From: Dudresnaya verticillata
Lineage: Eukaryota
Direction of reading: 5' to 3'
Assembly: GCA_977862235.1 (NCBI GenBank)
Contig: OZ374557.1
Location: 310,001-374,000 of the forward strand
DNA length: 64,000 nucleotides
Part shown: positions 25,947-39,215 of the stretch, piece after piece
Layout: the number at the start of each line of letters is the position of its first letter
Position numbering within the stretch: the first letter of the stretch is position 1
The notes under the pieces: generated by a model
What the model saw: the letters and a program-made list of their open reading frames with translations, nothing else
Told to the model about the DNA's origin: nothing
The model's database searches: none
Program-made: the position numbers and the translations under genes

Positions 25947-26233
25947 GCTGGTCGACTTGCCCGAGGTGGAGTGTACTCATGAGGTCCGCTCCGTTGTGGC
26001 ATACACCTGCGTGGAGGTGTAGAAGACGTGCTGTGGCGCACGAGGACATGTCGCCATTTAGGGAGGGGGTCTGTGGTGAAGCGGCCGTTGTGGAGTGACG
26101 ACGACGGTTGAGCTGACTCGCGACCGGCGCACCGGTGAGCTGGCGCCAAAAACCGAACGGGAGTGCAGCGACACAGTAGCACTGTACGCCTTGCTGGAGT
26201 CTGCGCGCACCACCAATAGGAGCCAAGCAGTTG

Positions 26234-26623
26234 CAACGTTCACTGCCGCTACCCACGTTGGCTACGCGTCGCGACGATCGCGCTTCCGCTTCAATATCCG
26301 TCTTTGACGTGTATCCCCTTTTGTTTCCCTCCGAGAAGCTCGGTGGTTCCTCACCCCCAGCGCTCAAGAGCGGACATCGCCGCTGTTAGCGTGGGCTACG
26401 TGCCGGACTACCACGCACTCATATGAGTGGATATCCACTCCGTTGTGGACGTGTGTTTCCCCATTTCCATTTCTACCGCCTCGGGCGTTTACAGTCTGCC
26501 CTTGCCGTGTTACCGGACTCTACCCCCGTCTACCGGCCTCATCTTTCATCCGCCAGAGGCGAGCTACCGGCCGGGCTACGAACGGCCTGGACAGTGTTTC
26601 CGTCCTAGACGTTTTGCACTACA
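26234..26623 (+). mobile_element. 3' part of an X-like LTR fused to the truncated Gypsy 3' LTR
   Basis: Ends TTGCACTACA and resembles 58170-58308 (GGGCGTTTACAGTC, CTCTACC, CGTCCTAGACG). Confidence 0.65.
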
Positions 26624-26626
26624 ATC

Positions 26627-27525
26627 TGAGGTGCAATCCGTCTAGGACGAGTAGCAACTCCGGGCAGTTCGGACCCGGTGGTAGAGCGCTAGTAACGAGG
26701 GTGTGGTAGAGCGTAGGTAACACGCCGTGAGCGGACTGTAAACGCCCTGGGCGGTAAAAGTGGAACACAGCCACAGAAAGGAGAGAGAGAAGGAGAGAGA
26801 GAAAGGGAGAAAGACACGTCAAGGATATAGACGGACGCAGAAGGGCGAGTGGAGCTGCGCAGTTGCCTTCGTTGGTGACGGGGAATACGCATTAGCGAAG
26901 GGGTTTCAGGTCCGCGGCCGGCTTGCCGGGATTTACTCAACGTCACAGACGGGTTGCCTAATATACTATCGCTACGACGCGGGCTGCGGCGGCGCGGCGT
27001 GGCGCGCGGGAACGCGGGACGCGTGTCGCGCCCTGGTGCGTCTGAGTCTGACAAGTCGTCGTCGCTATGCAGCCGCGCACCTGCGGGTGAGGAATAGCTT
27101 ACAAGCGTGCGCGCGGGTAAGGAATAGCTTACAGGCGTGCGCGGGCGTTGGTAGAGGTGATCCGGATTCGGATCCCGATCCCTGCCAGCATTGCTGGCGC
27201 GTGAGCGTGCCTTACAGGCGCACGCCTTACATTGTAGCGGATCCCGATCTGATCCCGATGTCAGATCCAGATCCCATCTGGATCTGGGCCATCATTACTG
27301 GTACCCGCCTTACACCTCCCGGATCCCGATGGGCGATCCGGATGCGTGCCGCGCGGGCGTACAGTGCGTGAGCCGCCATGCCCGGCGGCGGTTGTGACGT
27401 CCGTACGCCGTTGAGCCGGCCGTCCGTGACGTGTTCGCGCGCGCCAGCGGCTGTTGCGATGCCCGTCGGTAGACGTCTTATGGTACGCTCCGAGCGGAAA
27501 AAGGGACTCACCCCCTTGCACCACA
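26627..27525 (-). mobile_element. 3' LTR of a minus-strand family X element
   Basis: Minus strand reads TGTGGTGCAA...TTGCACCTCA, preceded by PPT GGAGGGGGG (27529-27537). Inverted homologue at 57375-58308. Confidence 0.85.
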
Positions 27526-27643
27526 CGACCCCCCTCCAAAACGCGAACACGTCCGACCCTCAACCTGCTGTCGTGCGCACTCCCGCTTCGTCCTTGCCTG
27601 CTCTTGCGCCTTCGCATCTTTTATTGGTGCGCCCGCGTGTGCG

Positions 27644-28958
27644 TTGCGACCTCGGCTGGGCCGTAAGAACTTCGCTCTTGTTGCGGGCGTTGCCCGTGCT
27701 ACTGCATCTGCGCTGCCCCGACATCATCACCTGTGGCGCATTACGATCCACGTCGTTGACGCAGTTCAGATTCCCTCGCCTGCTGGCGTTGCGAACCAAT
27801 CTTCAGCGACGTTGCCCTCTTTGCGTATCCCCTGTGGCGTGGGAACTGAACGTCGTTGACGTGAATTTCTTTTCCTCGCCTGGGGCGTTGCAACAGAACG
27901 TCATTGACGTACGTTTTGTAAGACGTTCGCCAGTGGCGCAGGGTTGTTTGTATCGCCTGTGGCTTTGAACAGTAATCGTCTTCGACGCGCCCTTCGTGAA
28001 GCTGTCGCCGGTTGGCGTAGGACATTAGTGGTCTTTGACGTTTGCGCATTCATCGCCAGCGGCGCGAACAGATTTTCGTCTTCGGCGTTATGCCGACATT
28101 CAATGGTAGGCAGGTGGCCGCTCCCTGGGCCGCGCTGGTGTACGCGTCGCCTGTCGACTTTGTCCGGAAGAATCCTCGCGATCACGCGCATTTCTTCGCG
28201 CGGGCCCCCTGTTGCGACCAGGAGGCTTTGCGCGAAGAGGAATTCGTCGCTCATTACGATACTAGCGGATTCTTGCCAGGGGGCCTGCCCCTTGGTGTCG
28301 CCTGGGCAGTAGAGTGGAATTTGCGCTGTGCCGTTCCTCCGGAATGGCTTTGGGTACGATCGGGACAATCGCATGCGGACTTCCACGCGCAGTTCGTCTC
28401 AGGCGTCTATCGGCGCTTCATGCGTTTCCCCGGGTCGACGTTAACACCGTCCCTCTTCAATTTTGACGCGGAGCAATGTCGTACAACCGGCGAGGCCGAA
28501 TATGGTGGTCGTCTTGGGACGCTATCGCCCAAACATGTGAGCGTGTCAATCGAGCCTCGCGTTTTGGGAGAGGCTTACCTGTTAGGTGTACGCTTGAAAG
28601 TGGATTTTCGTTATCTGCATCGTACGGGTACGTTCTTTTGGGAGCGTTGTATCCTTTGGGAGTGCGAAATGCGTCACCAAAAGGGCGTGTTCGTACCTTA
28701 CCAGGACATGCAGGTCGACCGCATTGAGCGTAGTAAGTTACCTCACTGTTTTGTGAAGGTGCCGCCTGTACGGCGTGAATTCGAGATATGCGAAGGTTTC
28801 GCAGCAGAGCTCCCCCGTGTATCACGTATGTTGGTTCCGATCTGATGATCGACCCATGTTATAGATATTGGAAGGTGTTCTACACCGAGTGGGTCGCCAA
28901 CGTGGCGTATGCTTGGTTATGGGAGGTGTATGACACCTTCCGTATGTAGCATCTACCA
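27644..28958 (+). pseudogene. Antisense accessory gene of the family X element, 5' part, interrupted by the CACTA element
   Basis: A 267-aa ORF continues, after a frameshift, as YWKVFYTEWVANVAYAWLWEVYDTFRM*HLP up to the CACTA end. The start position is uncertain. Confidence 0.6.
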
Positions 28959-29347
28959 CACTACGATGGCGATTTCGGCTTGATCATATTAGAATAAATC
29001 GCAAAAATAATGGATTTGGCCCAAGGGATTTTGATGCGCCAGGGTCTGAAAACATGCGCCAGAAATTGCAAAGGGATTCTGGAATGCATTAGAAATAAGT
29101 TATACCCCATAATTAGAGTTCATTTCTGGCGCGTCAAAATTTTGAGTCAGATTCATTACCGCCGCAGATTTACGCATGCGCCTTGCAACACCTGCGGCCT
29201 TACTGCGATGTTATACTTCATCAAGTATTATGTTTCATGTATCATCGCAATTTCCACTTTACATTTTGCGCCCATCGAATCTATACGCATGCACTGGCCT
29301 ACATCACTTAATGACACAGCCACTTCGTAAATATCAGAAAACATGCT

Positions 29348-32300
29348 TTACTTCATGAATATGAACCTACACAACTGTAAAAAGTGACCGTTTCCTCGGT
29401 CTTGTAACGGCACTCGCCCGGGCGTGCGGCCGAACGGGCGCGCCGGCCGGCGTTCAGCCACACGCCCGGGAGCGTCGCGCGCGCCCGCGCGCGACGTGTC
29501 AATCTCCTTGTGCGCCCTTGAAAATAGCGCTATCAGGCGCCCACGCTTCCCGCGGGAGCATGCGCTGGCACGCTTGCTATTGTGCCTACGCCATGCGCGG
29601 AGGGTACCCTTGCTCCCTCGTCTGAAAAAGTACAACCCTCCATTCAACATTGGCTCCGTATGCCTAACATTTCTTTGTTCCTCATCGACTTCGCATTCCA
29701 GATGCAACCCGTCCTCTTGAAACACGCAGTCGTGGTACACAGCGACTTTCCTCATGCCCCTTGTCAATTTCACCACATGAACATTTTCACATAGCGCGGC
29801 CGCGCTCACCTGCATCCTCGCATCCGCCTTCAAGCACTTAACAACGATTACCCAAGTCCCGCGATCTAACACATTTCTTCCATTCCCTCCAAACTGAAGG
29901 CAGCATACCACTGCGAACAGCTTCACATTTCCACTTCCATCACTTTCTGGCACAATGCCTTTTCTGTTTTCATCCCCGGGCGAAACAAGGCATCTTAATA
30001 CCGACCCATGGGCAACTGTATCGTGCCTATAAGCCTGTTGCGGGCCCGCAACCGTCTTCGTTCAAACTCGCTTCGCTCCGCGCATGATGAAGGCTGGGGC
30101 GGAAGCTCCATTTCGCCTGTCGAAGTCTGGGTATTTCTCCTCGATTGCCGACACAGCCTCGTCAAGCAAATCGTCCCACGTATTTCCAGCTGTTGTAGCT
30201 CGCTCTACGCCTTTCAGCTCTTTCGCAACTGTCGTTCCTGTCCACTCCGCTTCCGTACTCGACCAGGAAGGATTCACCTTACCATCTGCCCTTAGTTCTT
30301 CCACTAGCGGCTCCACGAACACCCCTTCGATTTTGTCGTCCAAGTCCTGAATAACGGTACTGACTTCGGGGTCCTCTTCCTTAACGGATCAGATCTCGGG
30401 CCCGAGAAGTAGCCTTCTGAGACCTCTGCGCGCCATAATGCGTTCTTAGTTTTTTCCATGCTCCGAAGTGTGTCTAAGGAGGGCAAGCCTGCCCTACCCG
30501 TCGTTTCCGAAGACATGCTCCACGGCGGATATATTCGCATTGTGATGATTACTTCTTGTCACACATCTTTTCAGAGGTGAGTGCGCATACTCGAATACCA
30601 GTTCCATGACATGTCTTGCATGCCCAAACATTGGGATAGTGTGATAGTACAGTTCCATGAGGCGATGTAGATTGGGCTTGTCTAAATCGCCGCGAAGATC
30701 GTTGGCCTCAATGTACTCGTTGCACAACTTGACATATTTCGTCGCAAGATTCTTCAGGCGGCGCAGATACGGCTGGCCACCCGACTTTCGAAACGTCTCC
30801 ACAGCTTTTTCTCCGTCCACATGTGCAAGAGGCTACCAGAATGTTCCTGCAATGCGTTCCTGCAGGCACTTGGCCAAGCAGTAAGCATCGGTCGCCTTTC
30901 ACAGGGTTATACGAAAGGCATAAATAGACACAGGGAGAACGCAGTACAGTTTGGAAAGCTGCATGGACTGTAACGTACTCTCGAAGACGGAATTCTGGGT
31001 GAGCATCCCGTTGTCGCGAAGTCTCTGGCAAATTATGCTATCAGCAATAGTTTTCCACTTCGGAGACAAAGCAAGGAACCAGGTTTTGAGAGTATTCTTG
31101 ATCAAGCCGGTGAGTAATTGATCTGGGGCAACGACCTGTGATAGGTACGCGTCGAAGATGCACGGCACGACACGTTCTCCATTGACGTTAAGAGACACGT
31201 CCGGCCGGACTCTCTCCAACTCCTCAGACAAGTATAATAGCCGTTTTATGCCACTGTCGTCATACTCATTCGACATTCCCATACTTGGTGCTTGGTGCTC
31301 GCAAATTCCACTCTCCCGCAAAGCCTTATGCCGTTCTTTGCAGCGAACACTTGAAGAATGTTGGGAGTGAAGTTGCACAGTATAGCCGAACTTACTTGAA
31401 ACATCACTGAATACGCATGGAAAGTTGCAGTGGGTACAAGAGGCCTTGCTAGTGTGTCCAACAACATCTGTAGACTTGGCAGCCGCCGGGAAGTCTGCAA
31501 TGAACCCGATCGGGTCAAGGAAGATCCTGACATGCTCCCCGCTTGGGCTCTTCCCTTTGAAGCCTTCAGTAAATCCCTTCACGAGGTCTGGTACGATGTC
31601 CCTCAGAACCTCATTTGTGCTCACGCCGGGCGTCGTCAGTCCCAAAAGCCGCACCGCTGATCTCTTCGCACGGTTTCGCGGTTAAAGACCGAGTGGGAGA
31701 AGGTAGCACCCACCCGCAGAGCCTTGCGGGAGCAAATAAGTACAGGGTTGAAACTCATCACAGTACAACAAAAGGCGATATACGACATATCTCTCTCCAG
31801 AACGAAGGACCCCCATATTTCTCGGCGAGAAAGGAAGTCCATGGGCATGTTTTCTTCATCAATGGCATTTCGGAGTGCTCGCTCCCTTCCATCTCGACAC
31901 ACGCCAAGGTGAACGTCCTTAACTAGTGTCCTTTCCTTCAGAACTGGAAATGGCGACCCCTCCCCGCAAATATCAACGCCTGAACTCCAACTGTTGTCCA
32001 CATCTATCCATATTAAGAGCTGCGAAGGCTCCCCATCCCGATATCGCCAGGACCTGCTGACCAGCACACAGGCCACGAAGCCTTCTCGGCGTCGCTCAGG
32101 AATACTGAAAAGCGATCAAAAGTCCCCTGGAAGCACGGCCGTGCTTTGCAAGTCTGTAGTCGTTGTCTGGTTAGCGTCCGCGATTTCGTTACAGCCTCCG
32201 TAGATACAATCAACTTTCGCACCAGCGCATAACAGGTTGATGATGTACTTCTCAACACCTTTTGCCTCCTCAACTGCTCGCTTTGAACGTTCAGTCTGGC

Positions 32301-33847
32301 AGGTTCTGGAAGCGACACACCAGCAGGCAGCAATTTGTCCAGTCACGATAACACCCGGGGCCCCGGTGTAGTTTGCTCTCAAGGCACAGGAACGTGCTGA
32401 ACGCGGATGTGTTACAACACGCCTCGTAACTCGCTGAATATGAACATCCACTGTTATTCCTGTGGTCACTCTAACGATGTTCTCCCCTTTTGAAACGAAC
32501 GACATCTCAGAAGCGTTTAAACTATTTAGGCGGTGCCTCACAACTGTTGTTATCTCGATGGATTCGAGGTCAGTAGGACTCTGGGCGTAGCTGCAGGCAG
32601 ACTCCGGGGCCCGGGGGTTGCCGGTGTTGAAGTTAGGAAACAAGTTTTTAATACAAGGTAAGTTGCTACATCCATCTTGGCCCACTCCAAGGGTATTATA
32701 ATCTTGACAGGAGCAAATCGTCGTGCCCTCTCGTCTGCTTCAAGGTTTGCAGCGTGTTCAGGAGGTCGGGGAGCGGCCGCTCTCACTCTCTTATTCCGCC
32801 CTCTCATTTGTCCACACTCTTCTTCAACGGCAGTGAAAGAGATCCCCCTTCCCCTCTTCTTCAGATCTTGCTTCGTAACAGCAATGGAAACATTGTAACT
32901 CGCAACGAAGCAATGTTTGATTGCGAACGGGAATATCGTTCGTTGGATGGTAGAATACACCGGTAGCGAGGCCTCGCGACTTTGAAGTCGCTCCAGCCAG
33001 TTGCCCAGCCTCTGCAAAGTTTCATACTTACGCACAGTCATTCGGACGCTTCCACAAACACAAACGAGAGCGAACAGCTCCTCCCATTTCAGCAGAGTTC
33101 TTCTTTTGTGCAGAAACGTCACGAGATCCAGCGGAGAAAATGGCGCCCGTACCGCAGAACCAACGGAAGTCCGGCCGGACGCGTCCATCCTGTTGCGCGA
33201 ATCGAAGTAAGCGAAGGACTGCGGCCCTTCGATTTGTGCAACAGGGTCACATAACCTATCTTGCTCCCACCTCCTCACAGATTCACCATTTGTCAGGTCG
33301 ATGATCTCATCGAAAGAATCAAGCAACTCGGGGGCCCATCATCTTCATCGAATTCTGGACTTTCTTGCCCGGCTCCAGGAAGGGGCCCCTTACAGGAGCC
33401 TCGCGGGAGCACCTCGTCTCGAATAAATGCGTTTCTTTTGCTGCGGGGCCCTTTTATGACTATGCCGAAGTCTTCATCACCCCTTTCTCCCGCCATGTGG
33501 TTCCCGCGAGGATCCAAAGCTCGAAGAGGTCTATGCTGTACCGCAGTGGAGAATGGCCCTTCGCCTGGGCCCAGGCGTTCCTGGTAAGGACTCACGAACG
33601 CGGTGTCTTGCGCGCATGCGGAGTCTTCATTTTCAATCTCAACGGTAGGAGACCTTGGTTCGAAGCCGGGTAAACGGCTCGGGCTGGGACCGGCTGGTCC
33701 TTCATCAATTGCAATTGCCGATGCGTCGTAGGATCTCTCGAACTGGAATAGGTGGGTTAGATTGGCACGCATTCCCACAGAGTAGACCCAAGAATGTTGA
33801 TGTGTTCTGCGACGCCCATATTGTGCTTTCCAATGCGGCTGATCCAT
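29348..33847 (-). pseudogene. CACTA-type DDE transposase, fragmented
   Basis: YRLLLYCDEFQP..GSAGGCYLLPLGL*P.NR..VRLLGLTTPG (~31790-31625), FIADFPAA..GHTSKASCTHC, VAPDQLLTG and KPNLHRL..IPMFGH..ELVFEYAH. Outer limits are approximate. Confidence 0.85.
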
Positions 33848-34688
33848 TAACGAAACTCAATCGAATACCGCGACGCGGCCGCGCGTGGGGATGGTGACCA
33901 AAAAGGATACTTATTCTCCAGGACGTACCCTGGAGCGCGTCCAGGTTTCGAGCAGCACGGCAGAAAGCAAAGCTCGGGCCCTGGGGATGATGTGAAGATG
34001 GTGAATCACGGAGAGCGTTCGTGGTTGCAAGCCTGCCAGCACTAGCGCGCTGCAATCTCAGGACGAAGCGTTAATGGCGATACCGGATGATGAGGTGAAG
34101 ACTGTTCACCATGGAGTGCGTTCCGTGCGCGAGAAGAACGTCGCGACGCGGAAATCTGTAGTAGCGTAGCAGATTGTCTGGTTCCAAAACTGCGGCCGCA
34201 GTAAAACAAGCTCAACCGCCTGTTTGAAATCCAAAGACTTGCATTTGGGCAGTCCGGTACTGGAAACTGCGCATAGTTTGCCCTATTGCGGGCCTCATTC
34301 GGCCTTTTCAGCTCTTTGGAGCCAATGACGTTTTTCACCTGCGTACAGCCTCGCCTTATGTGTGCCATAGGACAAGAGGGTAGATGTGATTGGCCGTGCC
34401 GGTACGCCTGCAGGCAGGCCTGCCTAGTGCACAGCGGCGCATACCGCATCACGGCTCTGTTGTGAGCCGCATTGCCGCCCGTTTGTTGCAAACAAATTAC
34501 CGGAAAAAGGGAAACTGGGCCCGGCCGGGCCTGGAGCCTGCAGGCAGGGCCCAGGATCTCTCATACCAGCCCAGTTCGATTATTTGGTACGGCATTGAGC
34601 CGGCGCAATCGCCCGCGGCCGCGGGCGACGCGAGTGGCTATTTGCGGTCGCCATCAGGGCCCTGCAAAATACGTTATATCAGAGCAAA

Positions 34689-37600
34689 ATGAGTCCCACC
34701 GCTCCCTTTCTCTCGCAACCACAATGGACTACACCCTCCCATCTCCAGGGTTTCCCGATGGGTACTGAAAACTCCAAAGTGACCATGAGCACGTCGTCTA
34801 CGGACGGCAGCGCGGCCGCGCCCGCGGCCTCACCTGCACCCACACCCACGCCCGCTCCCACGTCTGCACCGGCGCCTTCGCCCGCTCCCGCGCCCGCTTC
34901 CATGCCTGTGCCCGCGCCTGCGCCCGCGCGCACCGCTCCGGTCGAGGATGTGGAGAAGAACCGGCCAGTTCCCAAACGCTCGACCTCTGCGCCAAGCTTG
35001 GCTCCCGCGGCGCCAACACCTGGAGCGATGCGCTCGGCGACGCGCAAACACCCGGGAAAAGCCGGAGTTACGGACAAAAACGGGAAGAGACCGTTGGGTT
35101 CGAAGACGAGGGCGGCGTCCGCCGCTACCAAGTCTGCCACTAGGGTGCTGGACAAGAATAAGGTTTCCAAGAGGTCCTCGATATCGAAGCCTACACGTTC
35201 GAAGCCGAGGACTAGATCTTCAGGTTCTATCCCCGCTGTTACGGCACCTTCCAAGCAGGGCCCTGCTACCGGTGTTCGGAGTCAAGCCGCGCCGACCGAA
35301 GCAGACGCAGACAAGCCGGTGGCCTCGAAGAGTACGGTGGTCAAGAAGAAGAACCCAACCCCCAAACGCGCTTTGTCTACTGGCGAGAATGAGGCCGCGG
35401 CCTCTGCTGAAGGCAATCAGACAGCACGTAGAGAATCACCCGGGACGAAGAAGGTGGTTATCCAGCAGCCTGCAGAAAAAACGGACATACCCATGACCGC
35501 ACAGAACGAGCTCCAGGATAGGCAGCTTTCAGTTGAGAGCGAGTCTCCAGCCCGGCTGGCCCCGGCGGGGACCGCGGTGCACCACATGAGGTGGAGCTGG
35601 ACGTGGGCAAAGAAGCTTTCAAGAAGAAGTTGCTGGATAATGGTACAAGTCCTGAAAACGTGGACTTTGTCATTCGTTTGACAGATGGGGGTACAATTGG
35701 ATTGCACACCCCGCGGGGCCGCGCTCTGCGTCGGAGGTTGCTGATAAAGCTGCAGACGTCCAGGCTGCGAGCAAAACCCCGGCCGGGTGCGAGCACAGAA
35801 GAGTACCCAGGGTGGGGAATCACGGGCCGATGAAGATGGAAAGCTCAGTGATGTCATTTATATCGATAATGAAGCTCAGTTTACCAAGCTGCGGAAGATC
35901 TATGGTCCCTACAATACCGCCAAGGAACTACCAGGCCTGGAAGAGCTTCCATCGCTGCGAAAGCGGAAAAGGGAGACCGCCCAGGACACAGATTCGCTGG
36001 GAAAGAGGAAAAGGTCTGCCGCGAAGAACACAAGTCAAGCTATGTCGTCGCGACGAGGCGCGCCTGGTGAGGCGCCAAGGTCTGGGCCAGCGGCTGCTGG
36101 TCGCGCTGCTCAGGATTTTGCTGCGGTTCGAGATGATAAGCCAGGAACGCTATTGCAGATGCAGGCAACACCTGTCCGTACCTGACTTTCGCCGAGTCGA
36201 TGCGCGTTATTCAACGCATTCCAGTAGAAATGCGAATGGAATCGTCACGCGCAATGGATGGTCCCCATGGGCATGGCGCAGCCGCGCTTGGTGCTCAGGT
36301 TGCTGTTGTTCCAACCTTCAATTCCGCGTGGGCGAAACTGCCACGCATGCAGACGCGTGGAGGACGGGGAGGCGCTCCTCCCGAATGGAGAGACAATCTT
36401 GATGCGACGGCGCTTGATAAGCGCCGGTTGAGCGCAAGGCATTCGTGGAGTGCTGAAGTGCTCCGCGTCATTTCGTTCACACATTCTGTCAAGCGGGAGA
36501 TCACCAGCATGAAAGCAGACGCGAAGCGGTATCTGAACCTCTATGAGCAGGATCAGCAATCAGCGAATGATGCATGGTCTCTCATGACTGCCGAGAGACC
36601 ATGGTATGGACTTCCGAACACGATGCAGGTCGACAGAACATTCGCTCGGGGTGAGATGGAGTGTTACTACAATGATGAGATGGACGTGTACTTGCACGAG
36701 CTGCTGCTGCGCTGTGCTAAAGACCACCCTCTGTTCAGTGACCCCCTTATAGGCCGTTGGTGGAATGGATTCAGGTAGAGACCCGAGTTTGTCTATGAAA
36801 CTTGGGACCGAGAATCCTGTGGTCTGCTCGTGCCTTTTGACGCGTATGAGACAAAGCGCTATGTGCACGCTACACACTTCAGGAGACGAGGAAGGTCTTC
36901 CCGGCGACGCCTGTGTGGTTGGCCAATCTCAAGGTACCAACAACTCTTCCAGTCCCCCTCCCCCCTTTTGTGTGGTACTATCGCCAGGAAATGGTTGACG
37001 GCAGTAACATGGATAGATGTGAGCGCTTGAAGGAGATCCTCAAGGTTGCGTTTCTTGGTCTCCTGGCCGCTACCTGGCATAATGAGGCGATTCGCGGCGG
37101 CCGCGCGTTCATCTTGGAAAGGGAAACCATCCACACGATCAAGCAGGTTTTGGGAGATGTTGAGACTGTTAGCATGAATGGGAAGGGTTTTTCATGCAGC
37201 AGAATTAACTGTGATGTTGTCATTTCTCGGATGTTAGCTGCAAATGCGATGGACGTGTTGAAGCGGAACGAGTTAATGTTACCGTTCGGAGGTCTGACAC
37301 GGAGCGTCTTCGTTAACAGTGTTATCGGAAATGGCAACATTGTTGGGAACCCCCCGGCCGGGAGGAAGGTCGTGCTTGACTCGAAGTGCCATCATATCAA
37401 GCTCAGCGTGCCTCACGTCCGTCGGCAGGAAATGCACGCCTCCACCCCGCTCCAACTGCGCATCGGCCTCAGAGCCTTGGCCGAGATTCCAGGCCTAGAA
37501 ACATACATCAGGGTACAGGGTTGGATACATCATGAATTCATTACTGTTGAGAGGCTGGCGAGAAGCTTTTCGAGACGGTAACGCACACGAAGCGGAATCT

Positions 37601-38338
37601 GAATGAGGTTATGTTTTCCATGGAAGCGCTGCGTGCGGAGATAGATGACTTAGCACAGTTTGTTCGGAGAGTGGGTGATGGAGGGCCCTTCTGCCGGCCT
37701 GCCGCAAGGCCTCCTGCTCCGGGCCCATGGTATCGCGACCCGTGTGCCCCACGTGGGCCTGCCCAAGGTGGGCGTAATGAGTTCATGCACCCTCGACATG
37801 TCCATGATGAGGGTCGGGACCGTCGCACCTATGAAGGGTACGACCGTGGCAAATATCAAGGGCCCGACCGTGGCAACTACCAAGGGCATGCCCTCGTGCA
37901 CGACCGTGGCAACTATTGTGGGTACGACCGCGACAACTATAACGGATACGACCGCGGGAACTACCAAGTCAATAACGCTGGCAGGTTTCGTGGCGGCCCT
38001 TATGATCATATGACCGATGGAAACCGAGGCCCGGGCCTCCTATGCATAGCTATGATACCACACGGGGTGGCAGCGGCCGCCGCGAGTACGAAGCGCCGTA
38101 CAATAACGGCCGTAACGCGGACCGCTCAGGATACGCATATCATCGTGATGACCGTTACACGGAAGTTGAACGTGCGTATAAGCTGGGTGTCGACTGCGAG
38201 CGACACCCCAGAGGCGAGGCTCACCCGAGAGGCGATGCTCACCCGAGAGGCGAGTCTCACCCTTACATGCCGTTCCTACCGCGAGGCTGCGATAGAGGAG
38301 CTGGTCCGAGTCGCAACCCGGGCCCGGGCCGCTGCTGA
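34689..38338 (+). pseudogene. CACTA-internal gene B, unknown function, frameshifted
   Basis: Chain of plus-strand ORFs (330, 132, 192, 222 and 251 aa) with a Pro/Ala/Lys-rich N-terminus, a globular-looking middle and a repeat-rich C-terminus. Confidence 0.55.
37838..38261 (+). repeat. Coding minisatellites: 24-bp (YDRGNYxG) x~5 and 18-bp (HPRGEA) x3
   Basis: GACCGTGGCAACTA units at 37838-37970 and CACCC.AGAGGCGA..CT units at 38204-38261. Confidence 0.85.
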
Positions 38339-38479
38339 TTGCCCTTCAGTTTTCATCTACCTTTGAAAATCGTTACATGTAAATAATGACCTGCTAGCGA
38401 GCTGCTAGCTCCTTTTTAACACGTTCCTTGGTTGCAACCAGGCTGTTGCCTATTGTTAAGCAGTTGCTTGCTGCTTGTT

Positions 38480-39215
38480 GCACACATTGCTTGGTTACAA
38501 CCAGACTATAGCCTGGGCTAAAGCAGTTGCTTGCTAGCAGCTGCTTTCATTTTGTGCACGACGGCATAATGAAAGAATGGGCCCACTTTTTATCTCTACC
38601 TGCGAGGAGCTGTTTAACACATATGCAGACATGTTTCCCTGGTTCTTATTGACAGCTATACGTGAAGGTACAACATGTTGTGCTCCGCGCGCATTCAGTT
38701 TCATAGCAGCTACCGCAGATGACAGTCACGCCTACGCCTGGAGGCTATAGACTAATCTAAAGCAGCTGTTGCCTTAAAGAAGTCAGCAGCTATAGCTGCT
38801 TTCTGCTTTCATATTTGCACTCTCGCTGCAACATTGCATTACAATTACATCTTAAGTTAGAGGATCAATCGTTCAATAGCGTTTCCCATCTGAAGCCTCT
38901 CGCGTGGGACCACGCGGTTTCGGGAGTCACCCATGGTCCTTCAGTTCCCATCCAGCCTAGGCTTCGAAATAATACCTGAAATACTTCTATCGTTATCAAC
39001 TGAAGCAATTGCTAGCCAGCAGTAGCTAGTTTCTGTCTAACACATTGCTTGGTTACAACCAGGTGTCGCAGGCAATAGCATAGGCTGAAGCAGCTGCTTC
39101 GGAGCTAGCTCCTTGCTGCTTTCATTTTGTGCACGACGGCATGCATTGTGAAAGGAGTGGGCCCACTCTTGAGAGCTCAGTAGTGATTACTACCTGGCGG
39201 CGAGGAGCTTTTTAC
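38480..39215. repeat. Diverged duplication in the spacer between convergent genes B and C
   Basis: ACACATTGCTTGGTTACAACCAG and GCTGCTTTCATTTTGTGCACGACGGCAT..TGGGCCCACT..GCGAGGAGCT occur at ~38480-38615 and ~39040-39210. Confidence 0.8.

Larger units (their letters stand above)
15494..26233 (+). mobile_element. Ty3/Gypsy chromovirus-type LTR retrotransposon, decayed, 3' LTR truncated
   Basis: 5' LTR, gag-PR-RT-RH-IN-chromodomain order, PPT AGGGAGGGGG at 26060-26069, then a ~160-bp copy of the LTR start (26072-26233). Confidence 0.95.

Noticed and set aside
37838..38261. Short repeats as a CRISPR-like array
   Set aside because: The units are tandem, in multiples of three, have no unique spacers and encode peptide repeats. 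There are no cas-like genes.
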